DNA of 63,722 bases, the filler included, from Conidiobolus incongruus B7586 (taxonomy: Eukaryota): the NCBI GenBank assembly GCA_000697335.1. It is 29 parts of 29 records of this genome, joined end to end, with 100 filler letters (N's around TTAATTAATTAA, not from the genome) between each part and the next. Parts side by side here need not be neighbours in the genome. Positions count along the whole stretch, not along the records: positions 27,650 to 28,824 come from JNEM01000470.1; positions 28,925 to 29,990 come from JNEM01000474.1; positions 30,091 to 31,600 come from JNEM01000475.1; positions 31,701 to 32,984 come from JNEM01000476.1; positions 33,085 to 34,214 come from JNEM01000479.1; positions 34,315 to 35,423 come from JNEM01000481.1; positions 35,524 to 36,673 come from JNEM01000489.1; positions 36,774 to 43,407 come from JNEM01000562.1; 21 more parts are not named here. One strand, written 5' to 3'. This document shows positions 27,550 to 41,371 of this stretch, in pieces (position 1 is the first letter of the stretch; every line of letters starts with the position of its first letter). The position numbers and the translations under genes were made by a program. Below the pieces are notes generated by a model. That model was not told the DNA's origin. It searched no databases and saw nothing but the letters and a program-made list of their open reading frames with translations.

Positions 27550-29059
27550 NNNNNNNNNNNNNNNNNNNNNNNNNNNNNNNNNNNNNNNNNNNNTTAATTA
27601 ATTAANNNNNNNNNNNNNNNNNNNNNNNNNNNNNNNNNNNNNNNNNNNNAATCATTTATTTTATTTTATATATAAATTTTTATAAAAATTCAATAACTAT
27701 TATTTGATGATATTTTTAAAATTAAAATAATGAAATTACAAGTATGATGTATTATTTAATTTAAAGATGATGTATGATATTAAAATACATAAAATAAAAT
27801 TTTAAACAAAATAATAATATTATTATTAATAATTATTGTTTAATAAATAAACTCAAATTTTGATAAAATTTTATTTGATAATATTGTTAATTCAGATTTT
27901 AATTAATTCACATTTATCATCAATTTTATAAATTTAAATATATAAATTAATATATTAAATCATAAAATTTTTTTTAAGTTGTATTAAAATTAAAATTTAT
28001 AAATTAAATAAGAAGGATACAAAAATAAATTCGGTGGAAAAAATGAAATAGGAAATTTACATAACAATCGTAAATTTAATATATTTTATAAATAAAATGA
28101 ATAACAATTTATCAAAATTTTAGTGTGAAAAACTATTTAATTTTAAAAATATTTAATTTGAAACTAATTAATTAATTAGTGAACTATATTACCATTATTG
28201 AAGGAATTTTATATATTATTGAAATTTTAATTTGAATTGAATATTGATTAACATCTTATGAAGAAAAATTATAAATATTTTTTCTTTAAAATTATAAATG
28301 ATTAAAAAATCTTATTAATATCTGTAGGACATTCAATTTCATAATAATATGACTTATTTTATACCATAATCACTTTTATATTTATATTAATATATCATTT
28401 TTTACTAAAAATAATATAACAAAATAATTTTTATTAGAACTGATTACTAAATTGAAATTAGCGATAATATTTCATCTATATATAAATAAAATTTCAAAAT
28501 CAGTATAATTTGAAGTAAAAATATTATTCATTCAAAGATTTATAGATAAGGTAAATATATAATAAATTTATTTGAATTATATAAAAAATTCAATATTTAT
28601 TGCATTGTATAAAAATCAAACAAAAGTCTATGATATTAGCGGTAAACTAAGTTTTTTGTAAATAGAATATATTTAAATATTGTTATATTAAATTTTCTTT
28701 GATATTTTGCAATAATTTTATTTGAATATTAAACTTAAAATTGAAGTGAATATATTCAACTATTAAATTTTTTTTATATTGTAAAACTGTTAAAATAAAT
28801 TAAGTCAAATAGATATTTTAATTANNNNNNNNNNNNNNNNNNNNNNNNNNNNNNNNNNNNNNNNNNNNTTAATTAATTAANNNNNNNNNNNNNNNNNNNN
28901 NNNNNNNNNNNNNNNNNNNNNNNNATAAATATTTATTGATTGTTATTAATATATTCTTTAAATATATTTATTTTATTCTTTGTTTCCAAACTTTTATAAT
29001 TAAAAATATTATATAATTATTATTTTTTAATATTTTTACTAATCATAATATTTTTTAAA

Positions 29060-29990
29060 CTTTTATATTTAATAAAGATATATAATTCAAGTTTTAATTT
29101 TGAAAGTTATTATATTTTTCCTTTAAGATTAACCTAGCTATATTTATTATTAATTATTATTAAACTAATACACTTATTGAAAAGACTAATAAAACCTTAA
29201 AATAAATGATTAAAGCTTATATTAACATTAATCAATTAAATTAAAATACCTATATTTATTAACTTTAATATTTATTCATTAACTTTATTAATAAGTTAAT
29301 TAGTTTTAACCCTTATTTCATCAATTTTAATAAATATCTTAATTTAATAACTGCTTTAAAATATTAAATCAACTTATTTTTAAATGTTATTAAGTTTTAA
29401 TTTTATATTAAATATGTTAATTCCTTTATTAAATTTAATTTAGAAAAAAATTAAAGGATTATAAAATGATAATATTTAAAACATATTTAGAAATCCACTT
29501 AAATATGAAAAAAAATATATTTATCTATTTAAAATAATTTGCTTTTTAACTTATTTTACCTAAGTTTAATTTAAGTCCAAAATACTTATCATTATATCAT
29601 AATCCCTATAAAATTTAATTTATTGATTTAAATTTCAAAAATATTATCTTAAAATTACCATTAATTTTAAGGATTAACTTTATCTTTTACATATTTAAAA
29701 TCAAACATTATTTTAAAAATTTTGATATATTTCTTAATTAATTAAAAGCTTTAAAACTAGATTGAATTATTGATTAAGATAGAGACAAAATATTATATTA
29801 ATTATATAATTAAGTCTAAATTTAATAGGAATAAACTTTATTTTTATATAAAATAGATAAGTTATCTTATTAAAGAAATTATATAAGAACTTTTATAGAA
29901 TATTAAGAATATTTTAACTTATAATACCTATTTATAAGAATTTAAGAAATATATCTTTTTTAAGAAATTTATTAAAGAAATATTAAAAAA
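29060..29990 (+). mobile_element. Ty3/Gypsy (chromovirus-type) integrase C-terminus with chromodomain, mutated
   Basis: Translates YY*TNTLIEKTNKTLK*MIKAYINI.Q.N* (cf. HPQTDG..ER.N.TL.Q.LR.Y....Q..W), ISFNPYFINF, LKLPLILRINFIFYIFKIKHY (cf. L.LP....IHPVFHVS.LK.Y) and YYINYIIKSK...LYFYIK*ISYL..EII*EL..NI (chromodomain VKW.GY....TWEP..NL). Confidence 0.75.
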
Positions 29991-30090
29991 NNNNNNNNNN
30001 NNNNNNNNNNNNNNNNNNNNNNNNNNNNNNNNNNTTAATTAATTAANNNNNNNNNNNNNNNNNNNNNNNNNNNNNNNNNNNNNNNNNNNN

Positions 30091-31600
30091 ATTATTAAAT
30101 TAATAAAAATTAAAATTTTCCAATAACTAATTTATCTTATAATTCTTTATTTTTAATTATCATGTTATTATTTGATTTAATTAGATAATTTATAAATATA
30201 TTTATAATATATTAATTAACTTTAATTGCTTTAATTATATTATCTCTTATTTTATTATTATAAAACTATCTTTATTTATTTATTATAAATTAATAATAAT
30301 TTTTAAGAATTCTAAAAATCATAATATAACTTATCTTTCTATAAATAATTAGATAATATATTTTTATACAAGATAGTAGATTTTAATAAAATTAGTTTGT
30401 TAATTAACTTTTGTTTAATTTTAACCTTTTATATATTTTAACTCTATTTAATATATATAAATATTAAAATTACTATATTCTTTTTTTTATTGAAGTATTT
30501 GCATTAGTTTTATATCTGGTTAATTTTTGTTTTATGTTTTTATTTTTCTTTTATTCTTTATTTTTAGTTATTTTATTTTTTGTTTCTTATATTTTTGTTT
30601 AATTTTATTAATATTATAATTTGTGAATATAACTTTTTTAAAAAAATTTATTAATGCTTAAGATATAACTATTTAATAACTTTAATCTATTATATTTATG
30701 GATTTTATTAATAAAGATAATAATTTAAACAAACTTTTTTTTAAATTAAATTTCTTAAATTAAGTTTATATATTTCAAAAATTAATAAACTAACCTTATC
30801 TTCCTTTTACTCTTTAAAGATTAATTGATTTAAATTATAGTGAAACTTTTATTCAAAAGGTCTTTTATAAGAATTTAAATTAATTTGATGATAAACACTC
30901 TTTACTTATATATAATATATATAAATTATTATTTTAAGACTATTTCTGATATTATTTATTTGATAAAAATAATAAAATAAATATTATTATCTTTTATTTA
31001 ACTAATGTTATTAAAGATTAATAAACAAACATAATTAAAATAACCTTAAATTATCTTTTAATAAATAGTTTATCAAATGTATTATTTCTTTTAATATGTT
31101 AATTTCTTAGTTAAAATCTTTTTTTTATTTTTATTACTAGTATTTTTAAATACTTTTTAAAATTTATTTAAATAAAATAAACTAATCCTATTAATAATTG
31201 CATTGATGTTTTAAACCATATTAAGATTTAATTACTTTTCATTTTAAAATACTAATATAATGTTATCTTCTTAAAAAAACTCAAACTATATATTCTTAAC
31301 TTGTTAGCAATTTAAATTAATATCAAACATAATAAATTTGAAAATATATATAATAAAACATTATTGATCCAAAGCATTATATACTTTAACTAATATTTAA
31401 ACTAAATTTTAAATAATTATATATTTAATTTGAAAACTACTTTTAAGTTTTATCTTATATATAATTTTTATTTTAATTATATTTATTAACTTAAGTTAAA
31501 AAGCCTACTTCTTATATTATATAAGATAAAATATTAAGTTTTAAGATTAAAAATTTTTTGAAAAAATAAAATAAATATTTCTATTATTATAATATATATA
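30091..31600. repeat. Unclassified transition-eroded (TE-like) sequence
   Basis: Same CpG-free, TpA-rich texture as the dead transposons; no motif identified. Confidence 0.3.
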
Positions 31601-31700
31601 NNNNNNNNNNNNNNNNNNNNNNNNNNNNNNNNNNNNNNNNNNNNTTAATTAATTAANNNNNNNNNNNNNNNNNNNNNNNNNNNNNNNNNNNNNNNNNNNN

Positions 31701-32984
31701 TTAATATATTAAGAATAGTTAAAAAATAGTGATAAATATTTAAATATAATATTAAATAATTGTTTTATTAAATTATTAGTATATTTAATTATCAAGCTAT
31801 TTTTTTAAATAGATAAAAATAGTTTTATTATAATAAAAGCAAAGATAATATAGTTAAAACAACTAAAGTTAATTAAAATATTAACAAGTATATCTGTAAA
31901 ATATCTAGTTAAAACAAACAATAAAATGATAGTTAAAGGTAAAAGATAATAAGATAAATTAATTACTAAAATATTTTTAGTTTCTAATAGTTTAATTAAT
32001 GAAAATTTTCTATTATATATATATTTTAATTTGTAGAAACATTAATCGATTAAAATTTTGGTAGATTAAATTAAATCTACTAATTAATTATAAAAGAAAT
32101 AATTTTAAAGTAATATAAATATTATTAAATTTAATTTATAGTTGGTAAATTAAAATTATTAAGATTTAAATAGATATAACCTTTTAAAAAGATATTTATT
32201 AACTTTATAGCTAACTTAAATTTTTTAACAATAATAATAACTTTTATTTACTCTTAAATAAACTTGAACTTCTTTATTAAAAGATTTTTTATAGAGTTTT
32301 AAAACAAAAATATTTATTATTTGAAATCTAAGTAGATAAAAATAAGTTTTAAAAGATTAATTCTTAAGATAAAAAAATTTAATTAGAAAATAAAAAATAT
32401 TATCAATTATAATTACTATATTATAAATGTTAAAAAAATATATTATCAAAATGTTTTTTATTAACTAATTAATATTTTACTTGAAAATTAAAATATTATA
32501 ATAACTTAGAGATTTATTTTTCTTTAATAATATTTAATATATTTAAATATATCTTATTAAATTTCACAATTAATTACCTTGTAAAAGGTTTTTATATAAG
32601 TTAAAAAACTTTTTTCTTATTAATTAAATTTAATTTTTAAAGTAATACCTTTCTTTAAAGTTTTTTTTCTAATTATTTAAAGGTATATATTTTTATAATA
32701 AGTTATCCTCTTAAAAACTTTTTAAGATTAAACTTATAATAAGTTAACTATTAAATATAAATAGATTTTTCTAAAAAAATAGCTCATTACAAGATATCTT
32801 TTAAATCTTTGTTAAAAATTAAATTAAATTAATTCTTAATATTTTTAAAATTTTTTTAATCTATAAAGGTTTTTTAAAACTATTATAGGTAGTTAGTTTG
32901 TTTTTAAAAATACTCAATAAATAATTTAATATGTTAATAATAGTAAAATAGCTAGTTTGTTAAATTTAAACTTTTTGAGATATA
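31701..32984 (-). repeat. Unclassified transition-eroded sequence, possibly a non-LTR retroelement 3' region
   Basis: Same texture as the dead TEs. The minus strand has weak HFDNIFF and ST*ISNNKYF segments, loosely recalling the LINE C-terminal HxFF / W..RN motifs. Confidence 0.2.
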
Positions 32985-33249
32985 NNNNNNNNNNNNNNNN
33001 NNNNNNNNNNNNNNNNNNNNNNNNNNNNTTAATTAATTAANNNNNNNNNNNNNNNNNNNNNNNNNNNNNNNNNNNNNNNNNNNNAATATAGTTTTAATCT
33101 TAAAAATAATGTTTAAAATTAGAAATTATAAGAATTTTTTTTTAAAAAAAAGGAACTTTATTTATTAAATAATTTAATAATATTTAAATAATTAATTTAA
33201 CTATAAAAATATAAATTACCTATATTATTTATAATTAATTGAATTATAT

Positions 33250-34214
33250 ATAGATATAAATAAGAATCTAATAAACTATTATTTTAATATTTTTTTAATA
33301 AGTTTTTAAAACAGAAATACTCTTTAGATTTTTATAAATAGATATAATAGGTTAAAATATCCTTAATATTTTTTAAGGATTCTTATATAATATCTTTAAT
33401 AAGATGACTAATTTATTTTATATAGAAATTAAACATATTCCTAATAGATTTAAATTTAATTATAAAATTAACATAGTATTCTTTTTCTCTATTTTAATTA
33501 ATAATTAAATTTAGTTTTAAAACTTTTAATTAATTAAGAAATATATCAAAATCTTTAAAATAAAGTTTAATTTTAAATATGTTAGTGATAAAATTAATCC
33601 TCAGAGTTAAAGGCAATTTTAAGATAGTATTCTTATAATTTAAATTAATAAATTAAATTGATAGGGATTATAATATAATAGTAAGTAATTTAGATTAAAG
33701 TTAGATTTAAGTAAGATAAGTTTAAAAATAAATTATTCTAGATAAACAAACATATTAGTTTTATATTTAAAAAGGTTTCTAGATAGTTTTAAATATTACT
33801 ATTCTATAATCCTTTGATTTTATTCAAAATAAAATTTAATAAGGGAATTAATATATTTGATATTAAATTAGAATTTATTAATATTTAAAGATAAGTTAAT
33901 TTAAAGTTTTAAAGTAAATATTAAATTAAGATAATAATAATAATGAATAAAATAAAGGTTAAAACCTATTAATTTGTTAATAAAGATATTAAATAAATAT
34001 TAAAGTTAATAGATATAAATATCTTAATTTAATTGATTAATGTTAATATAAGCTTTAATTATTTGCTTTAAGGTTTTAATAATTATTTTAACAAATTTAT
34101 TGATTTAGTAATAATTAATAATAGATATAGTTAGGTTAATTTTAAAAGAAAAAAATAGTAACTTCTAAAATTAAAAGTTAAATCACATATTTTTATCAGA
34201 TATAATAGTTTAAA
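33250..34214 (-). mobile_element. Second chromovirus-type Gypsy integrase/chromodomain fragment
   Basis: Reverse complement collinear with 29060-29990; reads YYVNFIIKFKS...FYIK*ISHL..DII*ESLKNI. Confidence 0.73.
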
Positions 34215-34320
34215 NNNNNNNNNNNNNNNNNNNNNNNNNNNNNNNNNNNNNNNNNNNNTTAATTAATTAANNNNNNNNNNNNNNNNNNNNNNNNNNNNNN
34301 NNNNNNNNNNNNNNAATATA

Positions 34321-35423
34321 TTATCTTAAATTTAAAATAATAGGAAATTTTTAATTTCTGATTTTTCAAATATATTATTAAATTGAAATAAATAAATATA
34401 TAGAGAGTTAATAGGAAATTATATATTTTTAATATATATATATAATAATTTTTTTGATTAAAAAATTAATTTTTTAAAATTGGTTATTTAATTTAATTAT
34501 ACTTAAACTAAATAATAATCATTAAAAGTTAATTATTTTAGTATTAATAAAACTTAACCATAAGTTTTTTAAATGTATTTAAAATTTACAAATAGCTTTT
34601 AGTAATGAAATATTATTTAAACTAATAATTTATTATTAGGTAAATTGTTTTAAAGTTAAAAGAAAAACTATCTAAAACTTATTAAAATCTAAAAAACTAA
34701 CTTTAACTATTACTCTTTTAATTATTAATAAAGTGAAAAAATATATTGAAAAGTACCTTTTTATTTCAGTAAGAGAATTATCTAAGCACCTTAATATTAG
34801 TCTTATAAATATTATATATATATTAAAGTTTAAACTTAAATTAATAAATAAAAATATAAAATTAGTATCTTATAATTTAACTAAAACTTAAAATAAAGCT
34901 AGAGTAATTTTTGCTAAATAAAAATTAATTAAATATTACTAGAAGTTTAAACTTTTATAGCAAATAATTACAATTAATGAATCTTAAATTTTAATATATA
35001 ATCCTTTACTAAAACACAAATCAAATTGCTAGATTAAGTTAAATTAACCCCCTTTATAAATCTTTTTAAATAAGTATTTTATTAATAATAAAATATTAAT
35101 TATTATAATAAATTATAATAGTATATGATATTTTTATTTAATTCCTAAAAAAATTAATTAATAGTAAACTTTATATTATGTTTTTAAATAAAAGTATTTT
35201 TAATTGGTATTCTTAATATAATTTAAGCAAATCTATTATTTTGTATAATAATTATAAAATATATAGATCTAAAGCTATAAAAAACTTTCTAATTAAAAAT
35301 AACTAAAAAAAACTATCATATTTAGTATATTCTTTAGGTTATAACTTATGTAATTATAATTGTTTTAGGTAATTAAAAAGCTAGCTTACAAGAAAGTAAA
35401 TTTCTACAGGAAAATTTAATTAA
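34321..35423 (+). mobile_element. mariner A1 copy with 5' TIR
   Basis: TA + TTATCTTAAATTTAAAATAATAGGAAATTTT; body collinear with 1-945. Confidence 0.88.
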
Positions 35424-38400
35424 NNNNNNNNNNNNNNNNNNNNNNNNNNNNNNNNNNNNNNNNNNNNTTAATTAATTAANNNNNNNNNNNNNNNNNNNNN
35501 NNNNNNNNNNNNNNNNNNNNNNNTAAGAAAAAAATATTATTATTTTAAATTTAATTTATTATGAATCCTATTATAATATAATGATTAAATAATTCTAATA
35601 AATGAAATATAATCCTATTATATAATTTATTATTAAATAACAAAAAAAACAATGGTTTAAAAAACTAAAATCATTATAAATTTTAAAATACAAAATTTTT
35701 GATAATAAAACACAAATTATTAAATATTATGTAATTTAAATTTTAACTATTTAATATTACTTATAATTATATTATTTAATTTTTATAGCTATTTTATAAC
35801 ATTATTTATAATACCTAAATTCCATTATTATTAATATTAATAATTAATTAAACTTTTATTATTATTGATAATTATTAATTATATTACCTAAAATAAACTA
35901 TAAATCAATCCTTGATAAATTAATTTCTATATAATAATACTTAAAAATCACTAATATATTGAATTAATAATGGATTGATGATATATTTTATAATTTAGAA
36001 TCAACCTTTATATGTGATTAAAAATTAAATTATATATATATCCTTTTTATTTAAAGGTTATATTTTGAGCAAAATATCTGATATTTTATAAAAAAAATAA
36101 TATTCAATATAATCTAACTATTATAAAAACTGCCTATCTCTATATTAATAATGAATTAACATTTAATAAATATTATAATATATAATTAGTTTTATGGCAA
36201 TTAATTTATTAATAAAACTAATCAGTTTTTAAATAGTTTTTTTTTTCAATTTTACTCAATTTATATCTAGTTTTATATTGTTATTTATTTATATAAACTA
36301 GTATATTAAGAATATTAGGACTAATATTTAAAAATAGAATTAGCATTTATAATAAAATATTAACAATATTAATAATATTTCATATATATAATAACTTTGG
36401 TGAATATTATAATTGCCACCTAAAACTTAAGCTCAAAATCTATCTATTTAGGTTTATTATATATTATTAAAAATAAATTAAAATAGTTGAGTATATTTTC
36501 ACTAATTATAATCTAATATAATAAATAATTATAAAATATTCAATTAAAAATCAATTTATTTTTTATAATGATAGTTATATATATCAAAAAAATTATCAAA
36601 GATTTTTTTTAATTAAAAAAATAGTTTTTATTATCATATCTATCATATTTACTAAATATAAATCTCTATAAATNNNNNNNNNNNNNNNNNNNNNNNNNNN
36701 NNNNNNNNNNNNNNNNNTTAATTAATTAANNNNNNNNNNNNNNNNNNNNNNNNNNNNNNNNNNNNNNNNNNNNAAATTACAATAATATTAAAATCTTTCT
36801 TAATATATAATAAATAATAATTGAAAAGATTATTTTTATACTTTTATATTTTTAATACATTTTAAATATAAAACAATTTAAATAAGTTATATCATTTATA
36901 TTTGATTTTATAATATATACTTAATTAAATTAATTTTTCATATATGTTTTTAAAACCTTTTTACCACTAGTTATTACTTAAAGATTTTTGTGAATAATTA
37001 ATATATAATATTTTATTAATATGATACTATAATAAATAATCTTTGTTTAACAAATAGAATATAAAACTCTATGATTTTGAATTAAATTAACTTGTTAAAA
37101 ATTACCTATAAAAAATTTAAAAATAGTGTATATAATATATTTTGGGATCATTTATTATTATAATTAAACAATACTAAAATAATATTGAAATAATAGTTGT
37201 ACATAAAATACTATCAAATTTAAGTATAGCAAATTATTATTTGAATCACAGGATATTAATATATTAATAATTTTTAATTATTTATATTTTGATATTTAAT
37301 TTAATTATTAACATTGCTAAAATATCCATTAATTTAGGAACAATCAACCATAAATAATCACTAGATTGTATTTAACCTATTAATTAAAATTGTGAACAGG
37401 TGTTATAATTCAAAATATATTTAGTATGACCATCAAAAAATTAAAGGGATCTAAAATATATCTATCTGTGGTTTAAGCTCATGAATTTTTTATAGATTAA
37501 AATGATTCAACTAAAGATTTAAGTGGATTTGATTAATTGAAAACAGAATATATTTATGTCATGAATATATTTGAATTTCCACAAATTTTGTGATTGTAGT
37601 AAAGCTAAATGAATAAATCAAAATATTTTTATATTACTTATGCTGATTAATTTTCTTTTATTATTTTATACTATGAATTAATTTTATAATTCAAGATAGT
37701 CGAAACCATAGACTTTGAAATTAAAGCAAATATAGAGTTTATGATATTAAAATAAATAAGAATAATATTTTATAATTACATTTCATTGATTTTTAATTAG
37801 AATCATTTTATTTTTTTACTTATTATACTTAAATATATAAATTTAGAATAGATTTATATAAAAATCGTAATTTGAAATGTACACTTAGAAGTATGATAAC
37901 TTTTATATTTTCCATAATATTCGATAAAATAAATATATTGAACCATAATATTTCAAGATTTAAATATTTTTGATTTATATTTGAGCTTTTTATAAACAAT
38001 ATTTTGAATCATAATATCTAGGTATAAATAGTATACATATAGTTCTAAAATAACTCTCTCATTACCAATATATATGAATAAATACTAATTTTGTAAGTTT
38101 TAATTTAAAGCCTTTAATATAAATATTAAAAATTTTATTTATTCAAATTACAAATAATGCCATTATTAAAATTATGTTCAAAATTTTAAAATCAATTTCA
38201 TAGTATATTATCTTTGTGAGAGACGCTGTCAAATAAATATTTTAAATAAGATATAGTACCGTATATCAGCTTAGTTGTATTTCACATATGGCAATTATAT
38301 ACCAGAAAATATATTCATTTTTGTTCATAATATATTAGCTTGCATAAGTTCCATTAATAGTATATACTTAAAATTCTCTAATTAAAAAACTTTTATTTGG

Positions 38401-38999
38401 AATACACAGATTATATTTGAAAGCAAATATATAAATATTTGTTAAGGAATTAATACAGTATGATTGATATAGTGATTATGAAAATCCTCAACTCATATAT
38501 ATTGATATATAGAAGTAGTATATTAGCTATGTATTTGTGAAGCTATTTTTATAACAAAATTAAATTCAATTCAATAAAATTTTTAATACACAATGAGTTC
38601 AAGACATTTATGAATTATTCTAGTAAAGTCAAAATAATATCGACCCAACATATCCACGCTCTTTAACCTGTTAAATATAGCTTGAGCACAAATAAACAAA
38701 AATACAAAGAGATATAGTATTTTTAAAATTAAATTGTCTGAAGCAATATTTGCGATTTAATTCTAATTAATAATGCGATGAGCCTCATCTTGAACATTGC
38801 ATTTTTTCGAAATATATTTGTATTTAATTTGGGGTGATAGATTGTAGCACAGTTTATAGCTTAAATTTTTAATGTAGATAGTATTATGAAATTTAATATC
38901 ATTAATTAGGATTTGTAAACATCACATTATACCTTCAAGGAAATGTTAAAAATAATATTTTTTGAATCTAGAACCTTAATCTTCAATCTTCATCCATTC

Positions 39000-39965
39000 T
39001 CAAATTTTGTATAACAAATTATATAAAAGCTAATTCATTTACTTGGCCAATAAAATTTACAATTATTCTCGTTCAAAATTTTTCAAATTTAAAAATTAAA
39101 TCAAATCGACTATATTCTTATCTGAGGATTAGGTCGAACATATATTGTTTCTTCATTAAATTTACATCAATATGGATCATAGTATATATGTAATATACAA
39201 AATGATCTGAAGATTTTATACTAAATATAAGAGTTGTTAAATAAATAGTCGACATATTGATGAATACTGTATTGATAGTTTTAGATAAAAATGAAGAAAT
39301 ATATACTATTCGCATCATATTTTTATGGGGATGTAAATATCAATATATTTTGGCAAAATTAAAAAAGGTTGACTTCATTCAAAATACTAATGATATTAGA
39401 GAGATATGGATAGATAACCTTTTCAGCATTATCTACTTATTTTTAAATTAACTAATTATGTTTAAATCATTTTTGAAGCAATACAAAGCTTCTCACCAAT
39501 TCAATAATTTGCATTTTAAATGAGACAGCCTAAATTATTCAATATTAACAGATTATAATTCATATTTAGTGTTTAATTTTCTGGTTAGGAAGCTACTCGA
39601 AAATATAATTTGATATTTTGAATTATCAAATTTCTAATCTGCACTATTTCAATCTCATCTTAACAGCTGATATATGTTATTGATGTGTATACGATTAATA
39701 TTAAATAATCTTGTAATTTGAGTGGAAAATTTGAATATAAAAAATAACAAATTAATATTACGATTGTTATTAATGACTTAGAATTAGTTAAAGCTGTATT
39801 CAACTACAGTAATAATAAATATAGCAATGATAATTACGAAAATCAAGATAAATAAACCAATAATCTCAGAAATAGCTTGTCGTTTAATATACTAGCATAA
39901 CAGAATAATTTCACTTAGTTGGATTGTAAAATTTTGAAAAATGATTGGTAATAGTTGACATATGA
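39000..39965 (-). pseudogene. Possible F-box/LRR-type gene relic
   Basis: Minus strand reads LLPIIFQNFTIQLSEIILLC*YIKRQAISEII (F-box-like) at ~39860-39955 and LKRLSIH (LRR-like) at ~39410; ORF 39118..39318 is in frame with the latter. Confidence 0.35.
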
Positions 39966-41371
39966 TCACTTAATATAAAAAACATTACATAATATGTTAA
40001 ATTTAATTATTTTAATCATATGAGATTTCAATTGATAATTGAATTTTTTAAATTAATTTGAAACTATAAATTTAATTGATAATTACAAATATTCAATGAT
40101 ATTAATTTCCGATTATTATTATTATTATTAATTTATAATATTGAATTTTACACCTTAATTATGTAGTTTCAAACTAGTTGATTCCTTTAACAAATGGAAA
40201 TTAATTGGATATAAAAACTTATAGAGTTCAATAAGGATATTGAAATTAATAAAAATCATTTGATTTTTTATATTAATTCTTTATCAAAATTATAATACTA
40301 AATTAAATATTTAAATTCTCTAACCAATAAAATTATATTATTAAAGTATTTATATTTTTGATTGAAATAGAATAAAAATGCGTATTAAAATTATATACTT
40401 GATTAGAATTAATGTAAAAAAAATTTAAAATTACATCCTATATTGGTAATTATTGAAAACATTGAATTATTTTCTAAATTTGGGAAAAAGTCCAAAAATA
40501 GTATAAAGTATTACTTTAAATAATTTCGGAATAATATCAGAAATTCAATTTTCAGATTATTCATTTTCCTTTATATGTCTATATTTTTTCATATTTTTTT
40601 TATTTACTATTAACAGGAATTCAAATAAAAATAATCCAGTTTCATTAATTAATTGATTAACATTGTAATTTATTATTAATATTGTTTAATTTGAATAAAC
40701 AATCTAGCATTGAACCTATATTGAGAATTTAGTAATTCTTACTATACCGTAGTAGATTCAGGTGGAATGATATATTGAAAATACATGGATTTAATCAATA
40801 ATACATTCTTTAAAAACTGATCAATTTTTTGATTAAAATAATAGTGTAAATGTTTAAACTTGAGTTTGGTCTAATAGTTGTTAAATTAAAATATTGGAAA
40901 TGATTATCAACAGTCACATATACGCATTAGTAAATTTTAATTGATAATTATAATAACATTTCAGAAATTAAAATAAAATTACATTAAAGGTATTTGATAT
41001 TGTATTTTACACCTCAAAATTTAAATGTTCAAAAAAGCGGAGTCAATAATAAAATATTTTTCAAACTGTTTTCAATTAAGTAAATATTTTAAAAATTAAC
41101 AAAATTGTAATCAATAATTATATTTTCACTAATTAACAAAAATTTATTATTTTAATTTAACTGAATTTTAGAATTTTCAAAATATTTTTGTCCCGAAAGT
41201 AACTAAGAACCATGCATTATATTATTAATCAAATTTTAAACTTTTTCTCATTTTTTGAAATTATACATCATAAATAATCTTAATGGAAAATGGAGCTATT
41301 GTGATGGTATAAAATCAAAGCAAAGTTAATGTATAACTCAATATTTAAAACAATACAAAATCAAATTGAAA

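Noticed and set aside
1..36673. Mitochondrial or other organellar DNA, suggested by AT richness
   Set aside because: No rRNA, tRNA or respiratory genes recognised; the sequence resolves into nuclear TEs.
39257..39451. 64-aa plus-strand ORF
   Set aside because: TTG start, no motifs, antisense to a probable relic.
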